A stretch of 64,000 nucleotides of DNA from Candidatus Latescibacterota bacterium (GTDB taxonomy: Bacteria; Latescibacterota; UBA2968; UBA8231). Of the stretch, positions 32,735 through 41,795 are shown one piece after another. The notes below the pieces were generated by a model, which was given only the letters and a program-made list of their open reading frames with translations, ran no database searches and was not told where the DNA came from. How positions within the stretch are numbered: position 1 is the first letter of the stretch; each line of letters opens with the position of its first letter. A program made the position numbers and the translations under genes. Location of the stretch: the NCBI GenBank assembly GCA_965215195.1, contig CBDCDC010000002.1, positions 704,001-768,000 on the forward strand, given 5' to 3'.

Positions 32735-33599
32735 GGTTTTATCACATTTTTTTATTTGGGGCACCCTCGAACGAGGGCATCTATGGGGTGGTGAACCAGA
32801 ATTTGATGAGTGCGGTGATCATGCCCAAGACCAGTACGCCGCCGGTGCTGAGGATCGCATAGAGTAAGGTCTTGACCGATTTCTCCATGTCGCTCCGCAC
32901 GCGGGCAAACCCGGTCTCCATTTCGCCGCGCACATGGGCGATTTCCTTGTCCACGCGGGCAAACCCGGCATCCATCTTGCCGTTCATCTCGGCAAACCCG
33001 GTCTCCATCTTGCCGTTCATCTCGGCAAACCCGGCGTCCATCTTGCCGTTCACCTCGGCAAACCCGGTCTCCATTTCGCCTCGTACATGGACGATTTCCT
33101 TGTCCACCCGCGCAAAGCCGGCGTCCATCTTGCCGTTCATCTCGGCAAACCCGGTCTCCATTTCGCCTCGTACATGGACGATTTCCTTGTCCACGCGGGC
33201 AAACCCGGCGTCCATCTTGCCGTTGATCTCGGCAAACCCGGTCTCCATTTCGCCCCGCACATGGACGATTTCCTTGTCCACCCGCGCAAAGCCGGTCTCC
33301 ATCTCGCCGCGTACTTGGGCAAAGCCCTCGCGCATCTTGCCGTTCATATCGGCCAATTTCGCATCGGCTTGCGCCGACTTCTCGCGCAGCTCGCCGCGCA
33401 CGTGGGCAACCTCGGTACGGACATTTTCTTCAGCCATGATCCTGCTCCTTTCAGCAAATGAAGTTAATGATGGGCTAGGCCCAAAAAATAACGAATGGCA
33501 CACAGCGTGTCATGGGCCAGAGCACCATCGCCGAACCGGGGCTAACGCCTGTCCTCGTGAAAACGGGGATCGCCTAAACGCAGAAAATGTGATAAAACC
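32735..33599. mobile_element. Non-autonomous element with perfect 16-bp terminal inverted repeats carrying a passenger gene
   Basis: GGTTTTATCACATTTT (32735-32750) / AAAATGTGATAAAACC (33584-33599), flanked by CTAG and TTAG; no transposase inside. Confidence 0.7.
32781..33437 (-). CDS. C-terminally membrane-anchored coiled-coil repeat protein (DUF1640/CCDC90-like)
   Basis: AAGGAG RBS; 11-aa (VRGEMETGFAx, xNGKMDAGFAx) and 7-aa (VDKEIVH) units; C-terminal TM helix. Confidence 0.8.
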   Translation of the reverse strand: MAEENVRTEVAHVRGELREKSAQADAKLADMNGKMREGFAQVRGEMETGFARVDKEIVHVRGEMETGFAEINGKMDAGFARVDKEIVHVRGEMETGFAEMNGKMDAGFARVDKEIVHVRGEMETGFAEVNGKMDAGFAEMNGKMETGFAEMNGKMDAGFARVDKEIAHVRGEMETGFARVRSDMEKSVKTLLYAILSTGGVLVLGMITALIKFWFTTP

Positions 33600-33717
33600 T
33601 TAGCTACTAACCAATGGGGCTAGGTGTTCCATTTGTGTTCGTATATCACCCGATGGGCTTCTCAGCGGGATCGTCCAGAGACATGAAACAGCCCTACTAC
33701 AAGAATGAAGGTTTTCA

Positions 33718-34719
33718 TTATCGGAAGACCGTAACGCCTGCTGCTTCAAGGGCGGGGATGTGTGTGTTGATTGACTCGGCACTGAGGGTGGTAACGCCAT
33801 TCAGAAACAGCTCTATCAAGTTGGTCAGGCTGAGCAACGGACTCACATCCGTAATGGACGTGTTACTCAGATACAGCCATTTCAGGCTGGTCAGGCTCGA
33901 CAACGAAATCACCCCCGCATCCCCAACGGACGTGTTACTCAGATGCAGATATCTCAGGTTGGTCAGGCTCGACAACTCAGCCACCCCCGCATCCCCAACG
34001 GACGTGCCAGTCAGATACAGCGTTTCCAACTTGGTCAGGCTCGACAGCGAAGCCAACCCCGCATTCGTAATGGACGTGGAAGCCAGACCCAGCGTTTTCA
34101 ACTTGGTCAGGCTCGTCAACTCAGCCACCCCCGCATCCCCAACGGACGTGTTACTCAGATGCAGCGTTTCCAAGTTGGTCAGGCTCGACAACGAAGCCAA
34201 CCCCGCATCCCCAACGGACGTGAAAGGCAGATGCAGAGCTTTCAAGTTGGTCAGGCTCGACAACGAAGCCAACCCCGCATCCCCAATGGACGTGCTACCC
34301 AGATCCAGCGTTTCCAAGCTGGTCAGGCTCGCCAACGGACTCAAATCCGCAAGAGCCGCGTTGCCGCTCAGCTCCAGATAGCTCAGTGCCGTCGCGTGTT
34401 CGAGGCCGGCCAAGCGCTCAACGCCTGAGACGTCTTGCCATTCTACGTCAAGCTTCGTCAGGGACGCCAGATCGTCGGCGGTCAGCGGGCCTTCCGGCTT
34501 GTTCAGCGTCCGCCGCACCGCACGCTCCAAGTTGGCATCGGCAAACGAGCCGATGGCGGGTGCGGGGCTATCGGTTGCAGCGTCCGACTGTGTGCTATCG
34601 GCCTCGGCCTGCCCGAGGGCTTTGCCCGCCGGGGCCGGCGCGACCGGCGGATCGGAACAGGCCACCACGCCTAAAACGAGGACGACCAGCAGGGCGTTTA
34701 TTCGCTTCCATAACGGCAT
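33718..34719 (-). CDS. Leucine-rich repeat lipoprotein (internalin-like cap)
   Basis: Lipobox VVAC, FADANLERAVR cap, 24-aa/72-bp LRRs SLTNLETLHLSNTSVGDAGLASLS. Confidence 0.9.
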   Translation of the reverse strand: MPLWKRINALLVVLVLGVVACSDPPVAPAPAGKALGQAEADSTQSDAATDSPAPAIGSFADANLERAVRRTLNKPEGPLTADDLASLTKLDVEWQDVSGVERLAGLEHATALSYLELSGNAALADLSPLASLTSLETLDLGSTSIGDAGLASLSSLTNLKALHLPFTSVGDAGLASLSSLTNLETLHLSNTSVGDAGVAELTSLTKLKTLGLASTSITNAGLASLSSLTKLETLYLTGTSVGDAGVAELSSLTNLRYLHLSNTSVGDAGVISLSSLTSLKWLYLSNTSITDVSPLLSLTNLIELFLNGVTTLSAESINTHIPALEAAGVTVFR

Positions 34720-34922
34720 TGTTTGCCTCTTTCTATAAAAGGTTTGAGGAATCAGGTGCAGGAACCGGCCGCCATGGCAGACTATGGCCACGACGTACAG
34801 ACGAATGCCGCACGGGTAACATGCGGCGAGGGTTGGGACGGATCGCCAAATGGTCGCTTGGGAACCGTCGCCAGTGCTTGAGCAGTAGGGAATCTAGTGC
34901 TTTAGTGCTTGAGCAGAATTTC

Positions 34923-34937
34923 GGGGGGGGGGGGGGG
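34923..34937 (+). repeat. G15 homopolymer
   Basis: 15 consecutive G, preceded by two AGTGCTTGAGCAG direct repeats (34873-34885, 34904-34916). Confidence 0.9.
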
Positions 34938-35232
34938 TAAATTACTGTTTTTAACGACTTACGTAACATTTTTAGCAGGTCGAGAATCGGTGGTGTATTC
35001 GGTGCGCCATGCGCTGTAAAAGACAAACACAACATCTCATGGCCTTGTATTCTATGGTCGCCGAGTGAATAAATCAAGGGATATTTGAAATTGCAGTCCC
35101 CGGATAAAGAGGCAGAACGTCCCAAAAAATTCAAAGAAAGCGGCGCAAATTGACACTGGCTGCCTTTTCTTATAAATTTTCGCTCTCAGTCTTGGTTGTA
35201 AAAAATTCCCGATCCATACTTTTGCGCTATAC

Positions 35233-35332
35233 CTTAGTACACGCCAGTAGAAGCGGTATGAGCCTGTCCTGAGCAAAGGCGAGACCAGCATCTCAGCCCT
35301 AAACGTCCAGTGGACTACTCGCGTGTACTAAG
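35233..35332. mobile_element. 100-bp MITE-like element
   Basis: CTTAGTACACGCCAGTAG / CTACTCGCGTGTACTAAG inverted repeats (17/18); internal GCCTGTCCTGAGC REP-like motif. Confidence 0.65.
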
Positions 35333-35421
35333 CCGCTAGACATTAGTTCGCAGCCCGCGTCCTTTGGGGATGGGCGCGAAGCTCGGCACATCCGAATCCC
35401 TCTTTAAGCAAGGCCGACAGT

Positions 35422-36447
35422 ATGTCAACTCAAGCCAAGTCCGCACGCTGGTATCGTGCATTCTTACTCGGCGCGGCTATCGCGCTGGTGGGGGCGGCGT
35501 TGCCCCTTGGGGCGTTGTGGTATTTGAACCAACCGACCTACGAATACCCGGCGCACCTGATCCACATCCCCCAAGGCGCGAGTGCCCGCTGGATCGGCCA
35601 GTTATTAGAGCGGAAAAACCTGATCCAGAACGCGCACGTCTTTGCCTGGACCGTCCGACTCAAGGGCCTCGGTCATCAGCTCAAAGCCGGCACCTATCAG
35701 CTCGACGGCACCGGCACTACAGCCTCCATTGCCCAGTCCCTGCTCAAGGCCCCCATCCAAACCCAGCCCGCGACGCTCCCCGAGGGCCTGAATCGCCACC
35801 AGATCGCCGGCCAGCTACAGGCCGCGGGCGTAGCCGACTCAGCCCGCTTTATCGCCGCCACCGAAGACCCGCACCTCATCCGCCAGCTCGGCGTGACCGC
35901 GTCCAGCCTCGAAGGCTACCTCTTCCCCGAGACGTATTTCTTCGACCCAAACGCCGATGAACGCGCCATCGCCTCTCGCATGGTTGGCCAGTTCCACCGC
36001 GTATTCACCGACTCTCTGCGCCAGCAGCTCAAGGCGCGTGGTCTTTCGCTGCACCAAGCCGTGACCTTGGCCTCGATCGTCGAGCGCGAAGCTGTGGCCG
36101 TTGAGGAGCAGCCCATTATCTCCGGCGTCTTCCAGCGCCGCCTCAAGCTCAACCGCCGCCTCGAATCCTGCGCGACCATCAACTACGCCCTCGGCGCGAC
36201 CAAGAAGCGGCTGACCTATGCCGACTTGCAGGTGGATTCGCCCTTCAACACCTATCGCCACCGTGGCCTGCCCCCTGGCCCCATCAGCAACCCGGGCCGC
36301 ACGGCCCTCCTCGCCGTACTCTACCCCGAGGAAACCGAGTATCTCTACTTCGTCTCCCGCGGCGACGGCACCCACATCTTCAGCCGCACCAACAAGGAAC
36401 ACGAGCGCGCCAAGCGCCAGATCAAGTTGGCCCAGCGCGTAAATTGA
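35422..36447 (+). CDS. mltG: Endolytic transglycosylase MltG
   Basis: N-terminal TM, LKAGTY, TLPEG, LEGYLFPETY, LASIVERE, SPFNTY..GLPPGPISNPG, YLYFV. Confidence 0.96.
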   Translation: MSTQAKSARWYRAFLLGAAIALVGAALPLGALWYLNQPTYEYPAHLIHIPQGASARWIGQLLERKNLIQNAHVFAWTVRLKGLGHQLKAGTYQLDGTGTTASIAQSLLKAPIQTQPATLPEGLNRHQIAGQLQAAGVADSARFIAATEDPHLIRQLGVTASSLEGYLFPETYFFDPNADERAIASRMVGQFHRVFTDSLRQQLKARGLSLHQAVTLASIVEREAVAVEEQPIISGVFQRRLKLNRRLESCATINYALGATKKRLTYADLQVDSPFNTYRHRGLPPGPISNPGRTALLAVLYPEETEYLYFVSRGDGTHIFSRTNKEHERAKRQIKLAQRVN

Positions 36448-36565
36448 CGCCCAACGACCTGCGGCGGTACCTCTTGACCTCCCTGATAATTGCCCACCCA
36501 AGACCTGAGCTACACGAGCGCCGGGATCAAACTCTGAGACAGCCCTCGTCTGGCCGCGTCCCTCC

Positions 36566-38782
36566 ATGTCCATACTAGACGCTCTCAATCCAGCGCAACG
36601 CCGCGCCGCCGAGGCCGAGAGCGGCCCCCTGTTGATCCTCGCCGGGGCCGGTTCGGGCAAGACCCGCGTCCTCACCCACCGCATCGCCTTCCTCATCCAA
36701 GAAGTCGGCGTGCCCCCGTGGCGCATCCTCGCTGCGACCTTTACCAACAAAGCCGCCGGCGAAATGCGCGAGCGCATTGAGCAACTCGTTGGATCGGCCG
36801 CCGCCGACCTATGGATCGGCACCTTCCACTCGATCTGTGCGCGCATCCTGCGCCGCCAAGCCGAGGGGTTTGGTTTAGAGCCCAATTTCTCCATCTACGA
36901 CGAAGACGACCGCCGCGCCACCATCCGCCGCGTCCTCGACGCCCACCAGATCGACGAGCGCGAACTCGCCCCGCGCGCGGTCGTCAGCCAGATCAGCCGT
37001 GCCAAAAACGACATGCTCGGCCCGCTGGAATTTGCGCACCAAGCGCGCGAAGACCAACGGCAAATTGCCGAACTCTACCCCGACTACGAGCGCGAACTGC
37101 GCCGCAACCAAGCCCTTGATTTCGACGACTTGCTCGTCGAGCTCGTGCGCCAGTTCGACCGCCACCCGGACATTCTGCAAACCTACCAAGAGCGCTTTGA
37201 GCACCTGCTCGTCGACGAATATCAAGACACCAACCGGCCCCAGTACCGGCTCTGCCGCCAGCTAGCGGCGCACCACCGCAACATCTGCGTGGTCGGGGAC
37301 GACGACCAGTCGATCTACCAATTCCGCGGTGCGGACATCCGCAACATCCTCGACTTTGAGCGCGACTACCCAGACGCCCGCAGCGTGCGGCTGGAGCAAA
37401 ACTACCGCTCCACCGGCCGCATCCTCGCCGCGGCCAACGCCGTCATCAGCCACAATCAAGGCCGCAAGGGCAAAGAGCTGTGGACGGCCGGCCCCGAGGG
37501 CGACCCGATCGCGGTCGTCGAATGCGACTCGGACCGCCGCGAGGCTCGCCACGTCGTCGATGCCATCCGCCGCTACGACCGCTTGGGCCGCTACGGCCTC
37601 GGGGACGCCGCAGTGCTCTACCGCACCAATGCCCAGTCGCGCCCTTTTGAAGAGGAGCTACAGCGCGCTGGCCTCCCCTATGTAATCGTCGGCGGCATCC
37701 GCTTTTACGACCGCCGAGAAATCCGCGACGTGCTGTCCTATCTGCGCCTATTGGTCAACCCGGCCGATGACATTGCCCTGCGCCGCATCGTCAATACGCC
37801 CCGCCGCGGCATTGGCGATGTCTCCCTCGCCCGCTTGCAGGCTTTTGCCCAAGCCAAGGGCTGGAACCTCTCCACTGCGCTCAAACACCTCGACGACGTA
37901 CCCGGCCTCAGCGGCCGCGCACAAAAGAGCCTCGCGGCCTTCGCCGCCCTGCTCAACGAGCTGATGGCAGCCACCGACGCGCACTCCCTGCCCGAGTTGG
38001 GCTTTGCCGTCGTCGAAAAGAGTGGATACCGCGCAATGCTCGCGGCGGAAAATACCCCGGAAGCCGAGGCGCGCTTGCAGAATCTCGACCAGTTACTAGC
38101 CGAGATGACCGAGTACGCGGACGCAAACCCCGACGCAACCTTAGCGACCTATCTCGAAGAAAAGTCCCTGCTGACCTCGGCCGACGAAAGCGATGGCGAT
38201 GGCAACGCCATCACCTTGATGACCTTGCACAGCGCCAAGGGCCTAGAGTTCCCCTTGGTCTTTGTCTGCGGCCTCGAAGAAAACCTCTTTCCCACGGCGC
38301 GGGCCGTCGGCGATCCCCAAGCCATTGAAGAGGAGCGCCGGCTCTGCTACGTGGGCATGACCCGCGCACAAGAGCAACTCAGCCTCACCTATGCCCTGAG
38401 CCGCTACGCGTACGGCTCGCTCCTCGCAACCGAACCCTCGCGGTTTTTGGACGAAATCCCCACCGAGCTGACAGCCCAGCGCCGCGAATTGGACCGCGGC
38501 GTTGCCCGCTCGCGGCAGCGCATTGAGCCGCCGCACCGCAAAAAGGCCCCCCAAGCCCAAGGCGTCCGCTACGAGTGGGACGCTGAGCAGTCGCCCGGCT
38601 TCGACGAGTTTGTCGCCCAAGACGACTTCCTCGCGGTTGGCCAGTGGGTGCGCCATCCCCAATGGGGACGCGGGCAGATCGTCAGCCGCGAAGGACACGG
38701 CGAAAAGATGAAGCTCTCCATCCGCTTTGGGACGCGGATCAAACGCGTCGCTGTCGCGTACGCCCAGCTCGAACCCGCCTGA
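36566..38782 (+). CDS. pcrA: ATP-dependent DNA helicase PcrA/UvrD
   Basis: AGAGSGKT, VDEYQDTN, VGDDDQSIY, LEQNYRS, MTLHSAKGLEF, EERRLCYVGMTRA, C-terminal Tudor VRHPQWGRG. Confidence 0.96.
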   Translation: MSILDALNPAQRRAAEAESGPLLILAGAGSGKTRVLTHRIAFLIQEVGVPPWRILAATFTNKAAGEMRERIEQLVGSAAADLWIGTFHSICARILRRQAEGFGLEPNFSIYDEDDRRATIRRVLDAHQIDERELAPRAVVSQISRAKNDMLGPLEFAHQAREDQRQIAELYPDYERELRRNQALDFDDLLVELVRQFDRHPDILQTYQERFEHLLVDEYQDTNRPQYRLCRQLAAHHRNICVVGDDDQSIYQFRGADIRNILDFERDYPDARSVRLEQNYRSTGRILAAANAVISHNQGRKGKELWTAGPEGDPIAVVECDSDRREARHVVDAIRRYDRLGRYGLGDAAVLYRTNAQSRPFEEELQRAGLPYVIVGGIRFYDRREIRDVLSYLRLLVNPADDIALRRIVNTPRRGIGDVSLARLQAFAQAKGWNLSTALKHLDDVPGLSGRAQKSLAAFAALLNELMAATDAHSLPELGFAVVEKSGYRAMLAAENTPEAEARLQNLDQLLAEMTEYADANPDATLATYLEEKSLLTSADESDGDGNAITLMTLHSAKGLEFPLVFVCGLEENLFPTARAVGDPQAIEEERRLCYVGMTRAQEQLSLTYALSRYAYGSLLATEPSRFLDEIPTELTAQRRELDRGVARSRQRIEPPHRKKAPQAQGVRYEWDAEQSPGFDEFVAQDDFLAVGQWVRHPQWGRGQIVSREGHGEKMKLSIRFGTRIKRVAVAYAQLEPA

Positions 38783-38994
38783 ACAGCCCATTGCCCCAGC
38801 GAGGGCCGCTCCTTAACTTTTATTGTTTACTAATGTTACGCACCGAAGCCAGCCCGACCGTGGATTCACTCGCTTCCCGCTTGTCACGCCTTGCGGCGCA
38901 CTGAAGCGCGGGCGTGACGAGCGGCTGGCTCAACCTGAGCAGAGCGCAGCCGCAGTCGCTTCCCCGCGCCGGTCCTGCCTAAAGGCCGGGTGCT

Positions 38995-39030
38995 TCCCCG
39001 CGCCACCCCTTTTCACGGGCGCAGGCTTTT
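38995..39030 (-). repeat. REP-like dispersed repeat, copy 2, within a structured intergenic region
   Basis: Reverse complement AAAAGCCTGCGCCCGTGAAAAGGGGTGGCGCGGGGA. Confidence 0.8.
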
Positions 39031-39107
39031 CTAGGTGCCCGTGCGCAACATCAGTTGCTTATTTCGTTTCCCTTTGGCCACTTATGTACACTCCAGCATC
39101 CGAAAAT

Positions 39108-40403
39108 ATGCGCGTAGCCCTGCAAAACGTGGGTTGCAAGCTCAATGCCTACGAAGTAGAAGCCCTCGCCCACCGCCTAGCCGAGCGCGGCTATGCAATC
39201 GTGCCCTTCGGCTCTGAAGCCGATGTGTACGTGGTCAATACCTGCACGGTCACTGGCGCGGGCGATGCGGACTCGCGCAAGGCCGTGCGCCGCGCCCGGC
39301 GGCGCAATCCAAGCGCCGAGATCGTCGCCACCGGCTGCTATGCCCAGCGGCGGCCGGCCGATCTCGCAGGGGCCGGGGCCGACTTGGTCGTGGGCAACGG
39401 CCAGAAGGCCCAGCTCGTCGAATTACTCGAAGCGCATCTAACCGGTGCCGAGATCCCCGCGCCCTCGCCAACGAGACCACGCACCGAGCAATTTCTCGCC
39501 ATTGACGGCGCAGTGCCCCAAGGCCGCACGCGCGGCAACCTGCAAATCCAAGATGGCTGCGACGAGCACTGCACCTATTGCATCATTCCGGCGGTGCGCG
39601 GGCACAGCGCGAGCCGCCCAGCCCCCGAAGTAGTAGCCCAGGCCCGGCGCATGGTCGCGGCCGGCTACCGCGAGCTGGCCCTGACCGGCGTCCACACGGG
39701 CCGCTACGGGTTCGACCAAGGCCAGCCCGAGGCCCTCGTTGAGCTGCTCGCCGCGTTGGAGCAAATCGACGGCTTGGCGCGCATCCGCCTCAACTCCATT
39801 GAGCCGGGTTACGTCACCGACGCCCTGATCGACCAAGCGGCTGCTTCCCCGGCCATCTGCCGCCACTTCCACGTGCCTTTGCAAAGCGGCGACGACCACA
39901 TTCTCAAGCGCATGGGGCGGCGTTACACCCGCGCCTATTACGCCGAGCGGATCGAGCGAATCGCCAGCCGCATCCCGGATTGCGCCATTGGTGCCGACGT
40001 CATGGTCGGCTTCCCCGGGGAAACCGACGCGCATTTTGCCCAGACTCGCGCCTTGTTAGCCGACCTGCCGCTGACGTATCTCCACGTCTTTTCGTACTCC
40101 CAGCGCGCAGGCACCCCGGCCGAGCGCCTGCCCGGGCACCGGGACGCCGCGGTCAAAAAGGAGCGCACCCAAGCGCTCATCGCCCTCGGCGCGGCCAAGC
40201 GACTCGCCTTCCACCAGCGCTTTGTCGGCCGCTCCCTGCAAGTCCTCGCCGAAGGGCGTTCAGACCCGGCCACCGGCTTACAGGTCGGCTTGAGCGACAA
40301 CTACGTCAAGGCCCTCTTCGCCGGCCCGGCCGCGCCCAACGAGTTCGTGAATGTGCAAATCGAGCAAGCCCGCGAAGAGCTAACTTTTGGAGTGCGCCCA
40401 TGA
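39108..40403 (+). CDS. mtaB: tRNA t6A37 methylthiotransferase MtaB
   Basis: GCKLNAYE, NTCTVT, TGCYAQ, IQDGCDEHCTYCIIP, HVFSYS, GLSDNY. Start set at ATG 39108. Confidence 0.93.
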   Translation: MRVALQNVGCKLNAYEVEALAHRLAERGYAIVPFGSEADVYVVNTCTVTGAGDADSRKAVRRARRRNPSAEIVATGCYAQRRPADLAGAGADLVVGNGQKAQLVELLEAHLTGAEIPAPSPTRPRTEQFLAIDGAVPQGRTRGNLQIQDGCDEHCTYCIIPAVRGHSASRPAPEVVAQARRMVAAGYRELALTGVHTGRYGFDQGQPEALVELLAALEQIDGLARIRLNSIEPGYVTDALIDQAAASPAICRHFHVPLQSGDDHILKRMGRRYTRAYYAERIERIASRIPDCAIGADVMVGFPGETDAHFAQTRALLADLPLTYLHVFSYSQRAGTPAERLPGHRDAAVKKERTQALIALGAAKRLAFHQRFVGRSLQVLAEGRSDPATGLQVGLSDNYVKALFAGPAAPNEFVNVQIEQAREELTFGVRP

Positions 40404-41776
40404 ACTTGCCCCTCCTTGAAACGGTCGAATACCAACCCGTGGCAACGCGCCCCGGTCCGGCGGGTCGCCGCGTGTACATCGAGACCTATGGCTGCCAGAT
40501 GAACGTGGCCGACAGCGAGCTGGTGGCCAGCATCCTCGCCGACGCCGGGTTCCAGATTACAGAACGCGCCGAGCGCGCCGACATCATCCTGCTCAACACC
40601 TGCGCGGTGCGCGAGCACGCCGAGGAGCGGGTCATTGGTCGCGTCAGCCAGCTCAACGGCCTCCGCGCCCACCGCCCCAACCTCACCTTGGGCATCCTCG
40701 GCTGCATGGCCCAACACCTGAGCAAGACCCTGCCAGACCGCGCCCCCTTCGTGGATTTGGTCATGGGGCCGGATTCCTACCGCCGCCTGCCCCAACTTCT
40801 CGCCCAATCGAGCAACGACGCGCTCTTAGACGTGCGGCTCGACCGCTCTGAGAACTACAGCGGCGTCCACCCTCAGCGCACAACCGGCACCAATGCTTGG
40901 GTCACCATCATCCGCGGCTGCGACAAGTTCTGCACCTTCTGCATCGTGCCTTTTGTGCGCGGCCGGGAGCGCAGCGTAGCCGCCAACGAGATTGTGCGCC
41001 AAGTCCAGCGCATTGCCGCCGAGGGGTTTAAGGAAGTTACCTTACTCGGCCAGACCGTTAATTCCTACCGCGCCGGCAGCGTGGATTTCGCCGATCTCTT
41101 GCGGCAGGTTGGCCAAGTCGAGGGCATTGAGCGGGTGCGCTTCACCTCGCCTTATCCGGTTGACTTTACCGATCGCGTGATTGACGCCATGACCGAGGTC
41201 GGCCCGGTGTGCCCGAGCCTGCACCTGCCAGTGCAGAGCGGCTCGGACGCCCAGCTCGCCCGCATGCGACGCGGGTACACGGTCGATCAATACCGCCAGC
41301 TCGTGTACAAGCTGCGCACCGCCCTGCCCGACCTCGCCCTGACGACCGACATCATCACCGGCTTTTGCGGCGAGACCGACGCGGACTTCCGCCAGACCTG
41401 CGATTTAATGGAAGAGATCCGCTACGACTCGGCTTTCATGTTCAAGTACTCCGAGCGCGAGGGCACATACGCCCACAAGAAGCTGCCCGACGACATTCCC
41501 GAAGCCGTCAAGGGCGAGCGCCTCCAGCACATCATCGCCCTGCAAGAGGACATTTCGCGCCAGCTCAACCAGCGGCAAGTCGGCCGCACGGTCGAGGTCC
41601 TCGTCGAGGGCCCGTCCAAGCGGCCAGCCCCCGATGGCCAGCCCCGCTACTACGGCCGCACTCCGCAGGGCAAGACGGCGATTTTCCCGCAAGCAGCAGC
41701 AAGCAACGCGCTCGTACCTGTCCGCATCGCCCGCGCCACCTCGCACACGCTCTTTGGCGACCGCATCGACAGCTAA
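40400..41776 (+). CDS. miaB: tRNA i6A37 methylthiotransferase MiaB
   Basis: ETYGCQMNVADSE, NTCAVRE, GCMAQ, GCDKFCTFCIVP, FKYSER, TRAM domain; ATGA overlap with mtaB. Confidence 0.95.
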   Translation: MNLPLLETVEYQPVATRPGPAGRRVYIETYGCQMNVADSELVASILADAGFQITERAERADIILLNTCAVREHAEERVIGRVSQLNGLRAHRPNLTLGILGCMAQHLSKTLPDRAPFVDLVMGPDSYRRLPQLLAQSSNDALLDVRLDRSENYSGVHPQRTTGTNAWVTIIRGCDKFCTFCIVPFVRGRERSVAANEIVRQVQRIAAEGFKEVTLLGQTVNSYRAGSVDFADLLRQVGQVEGIERVRFTSPYPVDFTDRVIDAMTEVGPVCPSLHLPVQSGSDAQLARMRRGYTVDQYRQLVYKLRTALPDLALTTDIITGFCGETDADFRQTCDLMEEIRYDSAFMFKYSEREGTYAHKKLPDDIPEAVKGERLQHIIALQEDISRQLNQRQVGRTVEVLVEGPSKRPAPDGQPRYYGRTPQGKTAIFPQAAASNALVPVRIARATSHTLFGDRIDS

Positions 41777-41795
41777 TCGCCTTCAACTAACGACC

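Noticed and set aside
32872-33603. Long plus-strand repetitive ORFs (243 aa, 175 aa) and a possible CRISPR-like pattern
   Set aside because: They are antisense shadows of the coiled-coil gene. The repeats are in-frame coding units with no unique spacers and no cas genes.
33614-34428. Plus-strand repetitive ORFs opposite the LRR gene
   Set aside because: Antisense to the 72-bp LRR repeats; the minus-strand protein has a lipobox and a proper LRR consensus.
29613-35420. tRNA-Thr as integration site of the downstream accessory island
   Set aside because: No integrase and no duplicated tRNA 3' end was seen; ordinary genes lie between the tRNA and the island.
36500-36546. IS-end-like sequence CTCTGAGACAGCCC upstream of pcrA
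   Set aside because: No matching inverted partner or second copy was found in the window.
38823-39107. N-terminal extension of mtaB (526-aa ORF), and similar extensions of miaB, kamA, ssb, the amidohydrolase and the epimerase
   Set aside because: They run through repeat or promoter DNA or overlap neighbours; family-typical starts lie downstream.
39108-41776. Two methylthiotransferases in tandem as a possible new pathway
   Set aside because: Both match standard MtaB and MiaB motifs, so this is housekeeping tRNA modification.
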